A stretch of DNA of 64,000 nucleotides. It comes from Nitrosopumilus sp. GTDB taxonomy: Archaea; Thermoproteota; Nitrososphaeria; Nitrososphaerales; Nitrosopumilaceae. The stretch covers positions 3,751 to 67,750 of the forward strand of contig JAOTXZ010000005.1 in NCBI GenBank assembly GCA_029862085.1, in the 5' to 3' direction. Positions 1 to 9,770 of this stretch are shown here, in pieces. The notes beneath the pieces were generated by a model. It was not told where the DNA came from and did not search any database. It saw nothing but the letters and a program-made list of their open reading frames with translations. Both the position numbers and the translations under genes were made by a program. Each line of letters begins with the position of its first letter. The first letter of the stretch is position 1.

Positions 1-531
1 GAATTTGAGCCCATTATTGAAATTGTAGAAATCATAGATTGGTCAATTCAAGGGGGTTCGGCAACTCAAAAAGGTTCGTATGGTTTGATTAAATCAGATA
101 AAGGAATGGGCATGTCCTATGGATTTATCTTTATTACTGAAAAAAACTTGCATGTTGTACATACACGTAAAAAAAAAGGTTTACAAGATTTTCTTAAAAT
201 TTTAAAATTTGATGAATCAATTATTCACAAAATACTTGTGTCATCAAATTTTACCAATGACCTCAAAGAATTACTTGAAAATATTCCCATCAAAGAAATT
301 ATTGCTGCTGGTGATGCGAATTATATAATTCCAAGAAACCGCATTGATCAGATACAAGTATCTTCTAAATTTAGCAGATGGCGGACAAATAGATTAACAG
401 TTTTAATTGATGGTGATAAACTTAACCGTTTTGCATTCAGTTTTCTTCATGGTGGTAGAAATAAAGAAAAATATAACACCATGAGGGATTCCTTCCAAGA
501 AATCTTTTCAGAAAAACTAATACTAAAATAA
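1..531 (+). CDS. hypothetical protein, probably 5'-truncated by window edge
   Basis: Frame of the 85..531 ORF stays open back to nt 1, so the listed TTG start may be internal. No recognisable motif. Confidence 0.45.
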   Translation, partial: EFEPIIEIVEIIDWSIQGGSATQKGSYGLIKSDKGMGMSYGFIFITEKNLHVVHTRKKKGLQDFLKILKFDESIIHKILVSSNFTNDLKELLENIPIKEIIAAGDANYIIPRNRIDQIQVSSKFSRWRTNRLTVLIDGDKLNRFAFSFLHGGRNKEKYNTMRDSFQEIFSEKLILK

Positions 532-681
532 ATCTTAATCTCCTTCCAGAAATAAAATAAAAATGCTTATCAAATCATACTTTTAAAGAAATTTAACACA
601 CAACCAAAATAAAGAAAGAGTTAATTTTCATAAAATCGTCTAATAAGAATTTTCCACAAATCAACTCTTCATTATAATGTG

Positions 682-760
682 GATTAGGGTGACTTTTTGT
701 GCGTAGAAAGGGGGGATACTATTTTTACTGACAGTCGATAAGCTCGTTAACACTTCAAAA
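682..760 (-). repeat. inverted copy of dispersed intergenic element R2 (partner at 32307..32383)
   Basis: Reverse complement of 700..753 matches 32307..32360 at 44 of 54 nt (core AACGAGYTTATCGACTGTCAGYAAAAATAG..ATCCCCC). Weaker similarity extends about 25 nt further. Confidence 0.8.
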
Positions 761-876
761 TTTTTAATAGAATGTTTCTCCTACTACCAGTATGAACCCA
801 TTTTATAAACAAAATGGGGATGAGGAATTAACATACATTGATCGCAGTAGGTCATTCTTTTAAAAAATATTAGTAA

Positions 877-1206
877 TTGAATTTGTTTAAAAATATGGAT
901 TTTCATCCAAAAGATTTACCAATTTTTAAAACATATGAGCTAAAAGATGAAAAAGATGCCTCCGATGCAGTTGATGACATGGTAAATCTTGGTTTTGCTA
1001 ACCGAAAAGAGGGATTCAAAGTTTTGATGCCCAAAGAAACTAAACTTGCCAAAAGAATCGGGTATTCAGTTACAACTGGAGTAAATTATGAATTAAGGAA
1101 AAAAAATGAGGTTCGAGATATAAAATATTGGACGTATCATCATGATTCTGATCATTTTGCAATAATTTTGATCAGCAATAAAGTTCTTGAGGAGTTAGGT
1201 TTTTGA
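877..1206 (+). CDS. hypothetical protein
   Basis: 109-aa ORF (TTG at 877, in-frame ATG at 895). No motif recognised. Confidence 0.4.
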   Translation: MNLFKNMDFHPKDLPIFKTYELKDEKDASDAVDDMVNLGFANRKEGFKVLMPKETKLAKRIGYSVTTGVNYELRKKNEVRDIKYWTYHHDSDHFAIILISNKVLEELGF

Positions 1207-1863
1207 TTTATCAAAAAATTTATACAATTTTGTCCTATGAGCAAGAACTCCGGTTAACATGATCCCTAAAACCGCTCCACCAAATACATCCATTGGAAAG
1301 TGCTGCAAAACATAGACTCTGCTAATTGACACCAAAATAGGGTAAGCAAATAACAGATAGCATCCACGTGGAAATCGCTCAGATAGAACAAATGCTAGCA
1401 CAATTCCAAAAACAACTGAACGTGCAGCATGTCCAGATGGGAAGGATGCATTTACCCCACCCTCACAGAACAAGGCAAATGTATCACGGCTAATTTCTAC
1501 AGGAAAAATGACTCCCTCATAATCAAATTCAGGCCTGTCTCTATCTACGCCACATTTTATGTAGCCTGTAAGTAATGTGGAAAGAACAATTAGAATCATT
1601 AGAGTGATTCCAATTCTCCTGGTTTTTTTAATAATTAGAGTGATTATTCCAAATCCAAGCATGTAAAATGAATCACCACTTTCAGTTATTGATTGCATTA
1701 TGATGTCTAATCCTGGATGTCCCACATGCTCTGAGACAAAAGAGATTACACCTTGATCAAAGCTTTCAGTAATTTCAAAATACACTAATGCCAAAATAAT
1801 CAAAAATAAAATTAACAGAAAAATAAAGGAACGTGACCTTAATTCAAAAATCCAATTTTGCAA
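1195..1863 (-). CDS. PAP2-family membrane phosphatase
   Basis: Several hydrophobic segments plus the three PAP2 motifs: KCGVDRDRP, PSGH, SRVYVLQHFPMD. Confidence 0.75.
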   Translation of the reverse strand: MQNWIFELRSRSFIFLLILFLIILALVYFEITESFDQGVISFVSEHVGHPGLDIIMQSITESGDSFYMLGFGIITLIIKKTRRIGITLMILIVLSTLLTGYIKCGVDRDRPEFDYEGVIFPVEISRDTFALFCEGGVNASFPSGHAARSVVFGIVLAFVLSERFPRGCYLLFAYPILVSISRVYVLQHFPMDVFGGAVLGIMLTGVLAHRTKLYKFFDKSKT

Positions 1864-1950
1864 TTAGTTTAACCCCTTACGCACCATTTTTAATTTTACC
1901 TAGATGAAATAAAGTTTGAAATTTATTTTTCATGTCAAAGTAAACTGCCC

Positions 1951-3204
1951 ATGTCTGATCGGCTCAAAGAATTTAACCAAGGAGACAATAGAGAGATCGT
2001 GAAGGTCCTCACACTAGATGATTTTGATCTTAAAGATAAAACAGTTTTTCTAAGAGTCGACATGAACTGTCCGATAGATCCTGATACCATGGAAATTTCA
2101 GGAACTAAACGAATTGAAGAGGCTATTGAAACAATTCAATCGTTAGAGAAGTCAAAAGTAGTAGTGGCATCTCACCAAGGAAGAGTTGGAAACAAGGATT
2201 ATACAGGCATGGACAAACATGCAAAGGTTCTTGAAAAATTATTGAATAAAAAAGTAAAGTATGTTGAAGATGTGATTGGAAGTGCAGCACAAAATGAAAT
2301 TAAAAATTTGAAAAATGGAGAAGTACTGCTTTTAGATAATCTACGTTTGTGTGCTGAAGAAAACTATGAGTTCTCACCAGAAGATGCAGCGAATACTATC
2401 ATGGTAAGAAGGTTGTCAAAACTCTTTGACCTATGTGTTTTGGATTCATTTCCTAGTGCACACAGATCACACCCATCAATTGTTGGATTTCCACAAGTGC
2501 TCCCTGCATGCGCAGGACGTATCGTTGAAAGAGAGGTTAGAAACCTTGATGAAATAATGACAGTTGCAAAGGCACCTCATGTTATCGTTTTAGGTGGTTC
2601 CAAGGTTCCTGATCGGCTGGAGGCAATCAAGTTGTTGATTCAAAATGGACGGGCAGATCATGTGTTACTTACAGGAATAATTGGAAATGTGTTTATGCGT
2701 GCTCAGGCTAGAATCAAATTTCCATTAGGCATCAAAAGAGAGGAAGAGGTGGTGGCAAAGGCTCACTCCCTAATAGGAGAATATCCAGATGTTTTCTCAA
2801 CTCCAGTAGATATTGCAATTGATAAAGATGGGGAACGAATCGAGATGGATGTAAGAGAGATTTCAAAGGGTGATAAAATTTATGATCTTGGTCCAAAGAC
2901 GGTTGATTTCTATTCAAAATTAATTGCAGGTGCAGGAACTGTTTTCATTAGTGGTCCGGCAGGATTTTTTGAAAAGAAAAATTTTACCTATGGAACAAAA
3001 GGAATGCTAGAGGCGGTTGCAAATTCAATGGCAACAACCATAGTTAGTGGCGGTCATTTAACATCAGTTCTAAAGAGCCAAGGTCTTGGAGAAAAAATCA
3101 ATCACATCAGCACCGCAGGAGGCGCACTAGTTCTATATCTTACAGGTGAAAAACTTCCAATGATGCAAGCATTAGAGGAAGCTGCAAAAAAGCACAACCG
3201 CTAA
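1951..3204 (+). CDS. pgk: phosphoglycerate kinase
   Basis: 417 aa. N-terminal FLRVDMNCPI and full-length resemblance to archaeal PGK, with a glycine-rich C-terminal nucleotide-binding region (STAGGA). Confidence 0.93.
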   Translation: MSDRLKEFNQGDNREIVKVLTLDDFDLKDKTVFLRVDMNCPIDPDTMEISGTKRIEEAIETIQSLEKSKVVVASHQGRVGNKDYTGMDKHAKVLEKLLNKKVKYVEDVIGSAAQNEIKNLKNGEVLLLDNLRLCAEENYEFSPEDAANTIMVRRLSKLFDLCVLDSFPSAHRSHPSIVGFPQVLPACAGRIVEREVRNLDEIMTVAKAPHVIVLGGSKVPDRLEAIKLLIQNGRADHVLLTGIIGNVFMRAQARIKFPLGIKREEEVVAKAHSLIGEYPDVFSTPVDIAIDKDGERIEMDVREISKGDKIYDLGPKTVDFYSKLIAGAGTVFISGPAGFFEKKNFTYGTKGMLEAVANSMATTIVSGGHLTSVLKSQGLGEKINHISTAGGALVLYLTGEKLPMMQALEEAAKKHNR

Positions 3205-3548
3205 AGTGCTGACTTACAGGTGGGATTGGGGCATTCTTGTTTTTCTGATTCCCCAAGATAGATTTCTTGATCACAAGAATTGCATTGGTGTTTTTTAACA
3301 GGATCAAACAGCTTTAGCCATATAGTGGTAAAGTTTTGTGCAATATTTCTTGCAAGACCAGAATCACAAATTTCTTTGATAAAAGGTTCCAAATCATCAA
3401 TTATCCACGAAGAATCAAAATCTTTACTTTGCTTTATCACTTCAAATATTTCATCATTTGTAAATTTCGAGTCTACATCATTGTATTTCTCAAAAATTAT
3501 TTTTCTGATTTGTAATTCGATAGGAATAGAGGGAGTAAATTCATTCAT
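3201..3548 (-). CDS. hypothetical protein with C-terminal zinc ribbon
   Basis: 115 aa. C-terminal CNSCDQ...CPNPTC pairs. Confidence 0.5.
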   Translation of the reverse strand: MNEFTPSIPIELQIRKIIFEKYNDVDSKFTNDEIFEVIKQSKDFDSSWIIDDLEPFIKEICDSGLARNIAQNFTTIWLKLFDPVKKHQCNSCDQEIYLGESEKQECPNPTCKSAL

Positions 3549-3551
3549 GTA

Positions 3552-3992
3552 CTAGTATAAGCTTGCTGCCTCTTCTTTTAACTTATCTACATCGTCTGAA
3601 TTTTTAAGATGTTTTCCAAGATAAGAGTAAAGAGCAGATTTTAGAACTTTAAGGGAGAGTAGAGCACATTTTATTCTAACTGCCTGTAAATGTTCAAGGC
3701 CAAGTTCTCCTAAAACATCATTTTTTGAAATGTTTCTAACCTCATCGATGTTTTTCCCCTTGGCAATTTCAGTCAAAACAGATGAACACGCCATACATAT
3801 TGCACAACCCTTACCATGAAATTTAATATCAGATATTTTGTCATTATCAATTTTCATGTCAATGTCAATGCTATCACCACATAATGGATTAGAGTCATGA
3901 AAGGTGACATCATGATCCTCAATTTTTCCATAATTGATTGGGTTTCTGGAATAATCAACTATCATTTCATGATAAATGTCTGCGTTACTCAT
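3552..3992 (-). CDS. sufU: SufU/IscU-like Fe-S cluster scaffold/sulfur acceptor
   Basis: NPLCGDSIDIDM, GKGCAICMAS and a conserved C-terminal Cys. The ORF overlaps the end of sufS by 4 nt. Confidence 0.85.
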   Translation of the reverse strand: MSNADIYHEMIVDYSRNPINYGKIEDHDVTFHDSNPLCGDSIDIDMKIDNDKISDIKFHGKGCAICMACSSVLTEIAKGKNIDEVRNISKNDVLGELGLEHLQAVRIKCALLSLKVLKSALYSYLGKHLKNSDDVDKLKEEAASLY

Positions 3993-5233
3993 AATTTGAA
4001 CACCTTTGCTACTTTATTTAATGAATTGATTAATTTATCAATTTCCTCTTTAGTGTTGTAAATGTAAAAGCTAGCCCTTGATGTTGCTGCCACATTTAGT
4101 CTTTCCATTAGTACTTGAGCACAATGATGACCTGATCTTACTGCGATTCCCTCTTCATCAATAATTTGTGCCACGTCATGTGGATGAACATCTGCAAAAT
4201 TAAATGAAATTACTCCACCACGTTTTGAAATATCTTTTGTTCCATAGATATGCAGTCCCTTTACATTGGCTAATTTCTCTATGGCATAAGAGGTCAAGTC
4301 AATTTCGTGTTCTCTAATGTTATCCATTCCAATTTTTGAAAGATAATCAATTGCAGCACCTAAACCTACTACATCGGCAATGTTTGGAGTTCCCGCCTCA
4401 AACTTGTAAGGCAAATCATTCCAAGTTGTTTCATATTTGTGAACTTCTCTAATCATATCACCGCCTCCATGAAAAGGATTCATTGTTTCCAAAATGGATT
4501 TTCTAGTCCATAAAATTCCGATACCAGTTGGTCCTAGCATTTTATGACCAGAGAATGCAAAAAAGTCACATCCTAATTTTTCAACATCTACTTTCATGTG
4601 AGGTACTGCCTGGGCACCATCAATAAGGGTCAAAACCCCCGCAGCTTTGCATTTTGAGATAATTGTCTCTGCATCAGAGATAGTCCCTAAAACATTAGAC
4701 ATCTGGCTAAATGTTACTAGTTTTACTTTGCCTGTGGCAAGATATTTGTCAAGGTCATCTAAGATTAATTCTCCATTGTCGTCCATTCCAATGTATTCTA
4801 GTCTGGCACCTTTTTCTTGTGTCAATAATTGCCAAGGAACAATATTGCTATGATGCTCATATTCGGTGGTAACTATAATGTCTCCTTCCTTCACATGTTT
4901 CCTTCCCCAAGCATATGCAACTAGATTTATGGCTTCAGTAGTACCTCTAACAAAAATAATTTCATTCCTGTTTTTGATATTGATGAAATTTGCAACCTTA
5001 TCTCTTGTACCCTCGTAAAGTTCAGTTGCCTCTTCTGCCAATGCATAAACCGCTCTGTGAATGTTAGCGTTGTGATTTCGATAATAATCATTTATTGCAT
5101 CAATTACCTGGTTTGGTTTTTGTGTTGTTGATGCATTATCCAAATAAACAAGAGCCTTATTTTCCCGAACAGTTCGTTCTAAAATTGGAAAGTCTTTTCT
5201 AATATTTTCAAAAGATGTTTGGGCACTTTGCAT
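3989..5233 (-). CDS. sufS: cysteine desulfurase SufS (class V aminotransferase)
   Basis: PLP-lysine context FSGHKMLGPTGIG and active-site RSGHHCAQ. Lies in the suf operon. Confidence 0.93.
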   Translation of the reverse strand: MQSAQTSFENIRKDFPILERTVRENKALVYLDNASTTQKPNQVIDAINDYYRNHNANIHRAVYALAEEATELYEGTRDKVANFINIKNRNEIIFVRGTTEAINLVAYAWGRKHVKEGDIIVTTEYEHHSNIVPWQLLTQEKGARLEYIGMDDNGELILDDLDKYLATGKVKLVTFSQMSNVLGTISDAETIISKCKAAGVLTLIDGAQAVPHMKVDVEKLGCDFFAFSGHKMLGPTGIGILWTRKSILETMNPFHGGGDMIREVHKYETTWNDLPYKFEAGTPNIADVVGLGAAIDYLSKIGMDNIREHEIDLTSYAIEKLANVKGLHIYGTKDISKRGGVISFNFADVHPHDVAQIIDEEGIAVRSGHHCAQVLMERLNVAATSRASFYIYNTKEEIDKLINSLNKVAKVFKL

Positions 5234-5236
5234 TAT

Positions 5237-5554
5237 CTAAACCTCCACGTAGATCTCATTTTGATCTATTTTGACATTGTATGTTTTTAGTGGATTTTCT
5301 GCTGGAAGATTTTGGGGTTTTCCATCTTGTAAATTAAAAACAGAAAGGTGTAACGGACACCTTACACCCTCTTCACTTAGAAATCCCGTTGACAAATCAG
5401 CCTCAGCATGGGTGCAGATTAAGTCTGTAGCAAAAATTTTTCCTTTTTGATTTGCCAAAAGAATTTTTTTCTCATCATTTTGAAACCCAAACAGCTGTCC
5501 TTCTTTTATTTGCTCTAAATTACATGCTTTAATCCATTGAGGCATCTTGATCAC
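5237..5554 (-). CDS. Rieske [2Fe-2S] ferredoxin-like protein inside suf operon
   Basis: CTH...CPLH Rieske ligand pairs. 105 aa. Overlaps the sufD stop by 4 nt. Confidence 0.85.
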   Translation of the reverse strand: MIKMPQWIKACNLEQIKEGQLFGFQNDEKKILLANQKGKIFATDLICTHAEADLSTGFLSEEGVRCPLHLSVFNLQDGKPQNLPAENPLKTYNVKIDQNEIYVEV

Positions 5555-6948
5555 CTGTACTTGTAGTGTTGCTCAATCTCTGCATCTTCGTTGTATCTAG
5601 TCTCCTCTATTTCAACAAATTTTGCAAGTTCTTCATCGGTGTTAATTGTTAGTTCTTTGTCATCCCATTTAGATTCAATAAGATAGGCAATCCATGCTCT
5701 AATTTGAAAAGACATTTTCCTTGATAATGGTTCTAAAAATCCTTCTACAATTGTTCGTTCTGCTTCTTCATGGCTTAGGCATCGTGTTTTTAGATAGAAT
5801 ATTTGCTCTTCATCAATCTGTGCTACTGAAGCAGAGTGAGTTGCCTTTACATCGTTGGTAAAAATTTCTAACCCAGGAATGGCATCTGATTTTGCATCTT
5901 TGTCCAAAAGAATAGAGCGGCCGGATAAAAATGAGTTTGATTTGGCTGCATTTTCTTTAATTCTAATCATTCCTTTGAATAAAGATTTTGATTTGTTTCT
6001 AAGAATAGATTTTTCAACTACTCTTGCTTCTGTCGAAGGAGCCTCATGGTTTACATCTGTTTGAATATCAAAGGATTGTTCTTTGTTTCCAAAGATTACT
6101 TCAGAATCATTTACCGAAGCACCCGTACCATTAAGATAGTAGCCTATTTGGAATCTAGATAAAACAGAGCCAAACAGTCCAGAATACCAGTTTACCTTGG
6201 CATCTTGTCCAATATCTGTTCTTTTAGTGGAGAAAGCAACTGAGCTTTGATCCATCAGCTGTAGGGTGGTTACATCAAGGTGGGAATTTGGTGCCGCATT
6301 TGTGTTAAACAATTCAAGATATGCTTGTTGATTTTCTGATTTTGTAGAATAGAGTTCTTGAACAATAATTCCCTTGCTGTTCTCATCTGCAAAGACAATG
6401 TTTCTAGAAATTATAGATATGCCATCATCAGATAAACAAGTTAGAACATGTATTGGTTTTTCTAAAACTAGATTTTTTGGGATATGAATAAAAATTCCTG
6501 AATTAAAGGCTGCATTGTTTAATGCAGTAAATTTATCATTTTTAGAGTTTGAGACTTCAAGTGATTTTTTTACAAGTTCAGAGTTATTTTTTATTGCATC
6601 TTCAATTGATGAAATTACAAGACCCTTTGTTTTTAATTCATCTGGTAAGTTGATTTTGTGAATATGAGTTCCTATTTGTATAATACAGGTTTCATTGTCC
6701 AATTCCCCCAATCTTTTTTCCAGAAAACTTGGCACGGTATCAGTTGTTGATACTGAAAGGGAAACTTGTTGGGGATCCATTTTTTTAGCGTCAGTATATT
6801 TGTTGTAAAGAGGAGATGTCTCAATTGGAAGATTTTCATAAACCGATAAAGAGTTTCTTCGATATTCCTTTAACCAATCTGGTTCGTTTTTAGAGGAAGA
6901 TATTTGATCAATGTGTCCTAGACTAATCGTCGAAAGTGTTTGAGACAT
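5551..6948 (-). CDS. sufD: Fe-S cluster assembly protein SufD
   Basis: 465 aa, paralogous in layout to the adjacent SufB (C-terminal ...EQIFYLKTRCLSHEEAERTIVEGF). Confidence 0.85.
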   Translation of the reverse strand: MSQTLSTISLGHIDQISSSKNEPDWLKEYRRNSLSVYENLPIETSPLYNKYTDAKKMDPQQVSLSVSTTDTVPSFLEKRLGELDNETCIIQIGTHIHKINLPDELKTKGLVISSIEDAIKNNSELVKKSLEVSNSKNDKFTALNNAAFNSGIFIHIPKNLVLEKPIHVLTCLSDDGISIISRNIVFADENSKGIIVQELYSTKSENQQAYLELFNTNAAPNSHLDVTTLQLMDQSSVAFSTKRTDIGQDAKVNWYSGLFGSVLSRFQIGYYLNGTGASVNDSEVIFGNKEQSFDIQTDVNHEAPSTEARVVEKSILRNKSKSLFKGMIRIKENAAKSNSFLSGRSILLDKDAKSDAIPGLEIFTNDVKATHSASVAQIDEEQIFYLKTRCLSHEEAERTIVEGFLEPLSRKMSFQIRAWIAYLIESKWDDKELTINTDEELAKFVEIEETRYNEDAEIEQHYKYR

Positions 6949-6966
6949 GGCTATTCATTTTAAAAT

Positions 6967-8367
6967 CTATCCGACAGAATCATCCATCTCTATTTTGATG
7001 AGTCGGTTTAGTTCTACTGCGTACTCCATTGGTAATTCTTTTGTAAAAGGTTCCATGAATCCATTCACAATTAAAGAAAGGGCTTCTTCTTCTGAAAAGC
7101 CTCTACTCATGAGATAAAAGATTTGTTCATCGCCAATTTTTCCTACAGTTGCTTCATGGGTAATGGTTGCATCTTCTTGATTAATTTCCATGTATGGATA
7201 CGTGTCAGTCTTTGAAGTATCATCTAGTAGCAAGGCGTCACACCTTACTGTTGCTTTTACATTAGTAGCTCCCTTTGCAACATTTAGTAATCCTCTGTAC
7301 GTTGATCGTCCATCAAGTCTGCTTACAGATTTCGAGGTAATTTTAGAGGTAGTGTTTGGTGCAAGATGAACCATTTTAGCACCAGTATCTTGGTGTTGCC
7401 CTTTTCCTGCAAATGCAATTGATAGTGTCTCACCATATGCACGTTCACCCATCAAATAGATTCCAGGATACTTCATGGTAAGTTTACTTCCAATGTTTCC
7501 ATCAATCCATTCAACTGTTGCTCCTTCATATGCATAAGCACGTTTTGTAACAAGATTGTAAACATCACTACTCCAGTTTTGGATAGTAGTGTATCGAAGT
7601 TTTGCATCTTTATGTGCAACTAGTTCAACAACTGCGGAGTGTAGGGATTCAGATGAATAAACAGGAGCAGTACAGCCCTCAATATAATGAACTTCAGAGC
7701 CTTCGTCAGCAATAATCAATGTTCTTTCAAACTGTCCAATGTTTTCTGCGTTAATTCTAAAGTATGCTTGAAGAGGCATGTCTACTTTGACACCAGGTGG
7801 AATGTAAATGAAAGAACCACCACTCCATACTGCACTGTTTAATGCAGCAAATTTGTTATCCTCTGGAGGAATAATTTTACCGAAATATTTTTTGAAAATT
7901 TCTGGTTGTTCTTTGAGTGCAGCATCAGTATCTAAAAACATGACACCTTGTTTTGCTAAATCTTCTCTTAAACTATGATAAACTACTTCTGATTCATATT
8001 GTGCACCAACACCGGCAAGAAATTTCTTTTCAGCTTCTGGAATACCTAGCTTGTCAAATGTGGCTTTTACATCTGAAGGCACATCATCCCAGTTCTTTTC
8101 AGTTTTTTCAGTTGCCTTTGCATAATAAAAGATATTTTGAAAATCAATTACACTAAGGTCTCCACCCCAAGTTGGCATTGGTTTTTTCATAAAAATCTCA
8201 AAGGATCGTAGTCTAAAATCAAGCATCCATTGTGGCTCATCTTTCATTTTGCTAATGGCAATTACAGTCTCCTTGGAGAGTCCTTTTTTACTGAGATGTA
8301 CATACATGTCAGTTGAATCTTTAAAATCATATTTTGAATAATCCATGTCAAGATTTTCAGTAGCCAT
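6967..8367 (-). CDS. sufB: Fe-S cluster assembly protein SufB
   Basis: 466 aa. Highly conserved SufB blocks ([36 protein letters not shown]). Confidence 0.95.
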   Translation of the reverse strand: MATENLDMDYSKYDFKDSTDMYVHLSKKGLSKETVIAISKMKDEPQWMLDFRLRSFEIFMKKPMPTWGGDLSVIDFQNIFYYAKATEKTEKNWDDVPSDVKATFDKLGIPEAEKKFLAGVGAQYESEVVYHSLREDLAKQGVMFLDTDAALKEQPEIFKKYFGKIIPPEDNKFAALNSAVWSGGSFIYIPPGVKVDMPLQAYFRINAENIGQFERTLIIADEGSEVHYIEGCTAPVYSSESLHSAVVELVAHKDAKLRYTTIQNWSSDVYNLVTKRAYAYEGATVEWIDGNIGSKLTMKYPGIYLMGERAYGETLSIAFAGKGQHQDTGAKMVHLAPNTTSKITSKSVSRLDGRSTYRGLLNVAKGATNVKATVRCDALLLDDTSKTDTYPYMEINQEDATITHEATVGKIGDEQIFYLMSRGFSEEEALSLIVNGFMEPFTKELPMEYAVELNRLIKIEMDDSVG

Positions 8368-8430
8368 GAAGAAAATAACCCCGTTATATTATAAATACAT
8401 GAGCAAAAATAGGTGCAGCTAAATAGGCGA

Positions 8431-8452
8431 AGCTAAACTTTAGAGTTTAGCT
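8431..8452. promoter_or_regulatory. perfect 9-4-9 inverted repeat AGCTAAACT-TTAG-AGTTTAGCT upstream of sufB
   Basis: Lies 64-85 nt upstream of the sufB ATG and 20-41 nt downstream of the 8472..8717 gene. A third AGCTAAA half-site sits at 8417..8423. Confidence 0.35.
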
Positions 8453-8471
8453 AATCTAACTTAGTTTTGAA

Positions 8472-8717
8472 TCACTTTTTTGTCTTCTCATAATCCTTTG
8501 AAGTCATGAAGGGTGTGGCATGCTCTACCTGAAGATAACAAGCTACATCTTCTCCATTATACCAATTTTTATTATTGCCATCTAAATGCAAGTTACAGAA
8601 TTGACAATTGTAAGAAAAGTAGGTTAATGTATTATCATCCACATCAGGACCATCATCAATTTCATAGAATTCTCTATTGATTTTACATTTAGGGCAAAAC
8701 ATTTCCATTTTTAACAT
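8472..8717 (-). CDS. small zinc-ribbon protein
   Basis: 81 aa with CPKC...CQFC. Confidence 0.5.
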   Translation of the reverse strand: MLKMEMFCPKCKINREFYEIDDGPDVDDNTLTYFSYNCQFCNLHLDGNNKNWYNGEDVACYLQVEHATPFMTSKDYEKTKK

Positions 8718-8786
8718 TTTTTTTATTTAGAATCGAAATAAGAGCCTTTAGAGAAGAATAAGTAGGATAAAAAATTTAAAGAAATT

Positions 8787-9728
8787 TTAAAGTTTTGGTA
8801 TTACTCTGGTGTATTTTGATGACATTAAAACAACAGCTGATATTGCAACAAACATTACAACTATAGCCACTGTTCCAAATTCAGGAACGACATTGAAAAT
8901 CAAAATTTCTCCCTGAGGTCCACTCCAATTACTTTCTTCATCTGGAAGTCCAAACCCTAACATAGTTACTTTAATGTCAACTTGATCAGACGACCGTAAT
9001 GGTGGAGTTAAGTAGATTGAAGTTCCTTCATGAGCATGTTCTCCAAAAACTGAAAGAATTTCCAGATCATTTTGCGTAATTACAAGGTCATAGTTTGCGT
9101 GTTCTTTCACACTTCCATCGTTTGAATCTCTAAATTTAATTTCAAGAGACATTTTCTCATCAGAAATAGGATTACTAGCTGTAATTTCTGCACGGATGGT
9201 GCCATCTGCAGAAATTCCTGAAACGGTGGTTTCCTCTTCTGATGGAGCCCTTACAACAAGTGTTCCGGGCGCATATTCTGACTCTTCAGATCCTATACCC
9301 TTGGATTCAAATTCTGCAGGCTCTGCCTCTTCAACTCCTTGAACAAGCACAATTCCTTCCATCCATGGATGAACAATACAAAAGTATGGAAATACACCTT
9401 TGGCTTCAAATGTATGTGAGAAGGTTGTCCCTGCCATAAACAAGCTAGAATCAAAAACTCCGGAGGGTCCAACTGCTGCACTTCCAGCAGTAACAGTGTG
9501 AGCTGCCGAGTCATCGTTTGACCATGTAACCTCGCCGCCTATATCAACTGTTACCTCAGAAGGTATGAAACATTCGTTTGTTGTCTCACATCCTGTAATC
9601 GATGTTCCTTGTGGAAGACTTACAGCAGCAGTAGAATGATCTGCAAATACAGGACCTGGAATCATGCTAACTACAATAGCAAATAATACAAAGAGGGAAT
9701 TAATCATAATTTTCTTTGAGATATTCAT
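8787..9728 (-). CDS. secreted blue-copper (plastocyanin-like cupredoxin) protein with PEFG-type C-terminal anchor
   Basis: N-terminal signal peptide. Type-1 Cu ligands (AAHTVT ... CIVHPWMEG). C-terminal PEFG, then a hydrophobic helix and a basic tail. Confidence 0.85.
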   Translation of the reverse strand: MNISKKIMINSLFVLFAIVVSMIPGPVFADHSTAAVSLPQGTSITGCETTNECFIPSEVTVDIGGEVTWSNDDSAAHTVTAGSAAVGPSGVFDSSLFMAGTTFSHTFEAKGVFPYFCIVHPWMEGIVLVQGVEEAEPAEFESKGIGSEESEYAPGTLVVRAPSEEETTVSGISADGTIRAEITASNPISDEKMSLEIKFRDSNDGSVKEHANYDLVITQNDLEILSVFGEHAHEGTSIYLTPPLRSSDQVDIKVTMLGFGLPDEESNWSGPQGEILIFNVVPEFGTVAIVVMFVAISAVVLMSSKYTRVIPKL

Positions 9729-9770
9729 TGTACAAAATAGAATTAGGGTTAATAAAAGATTGTTGGGAGA

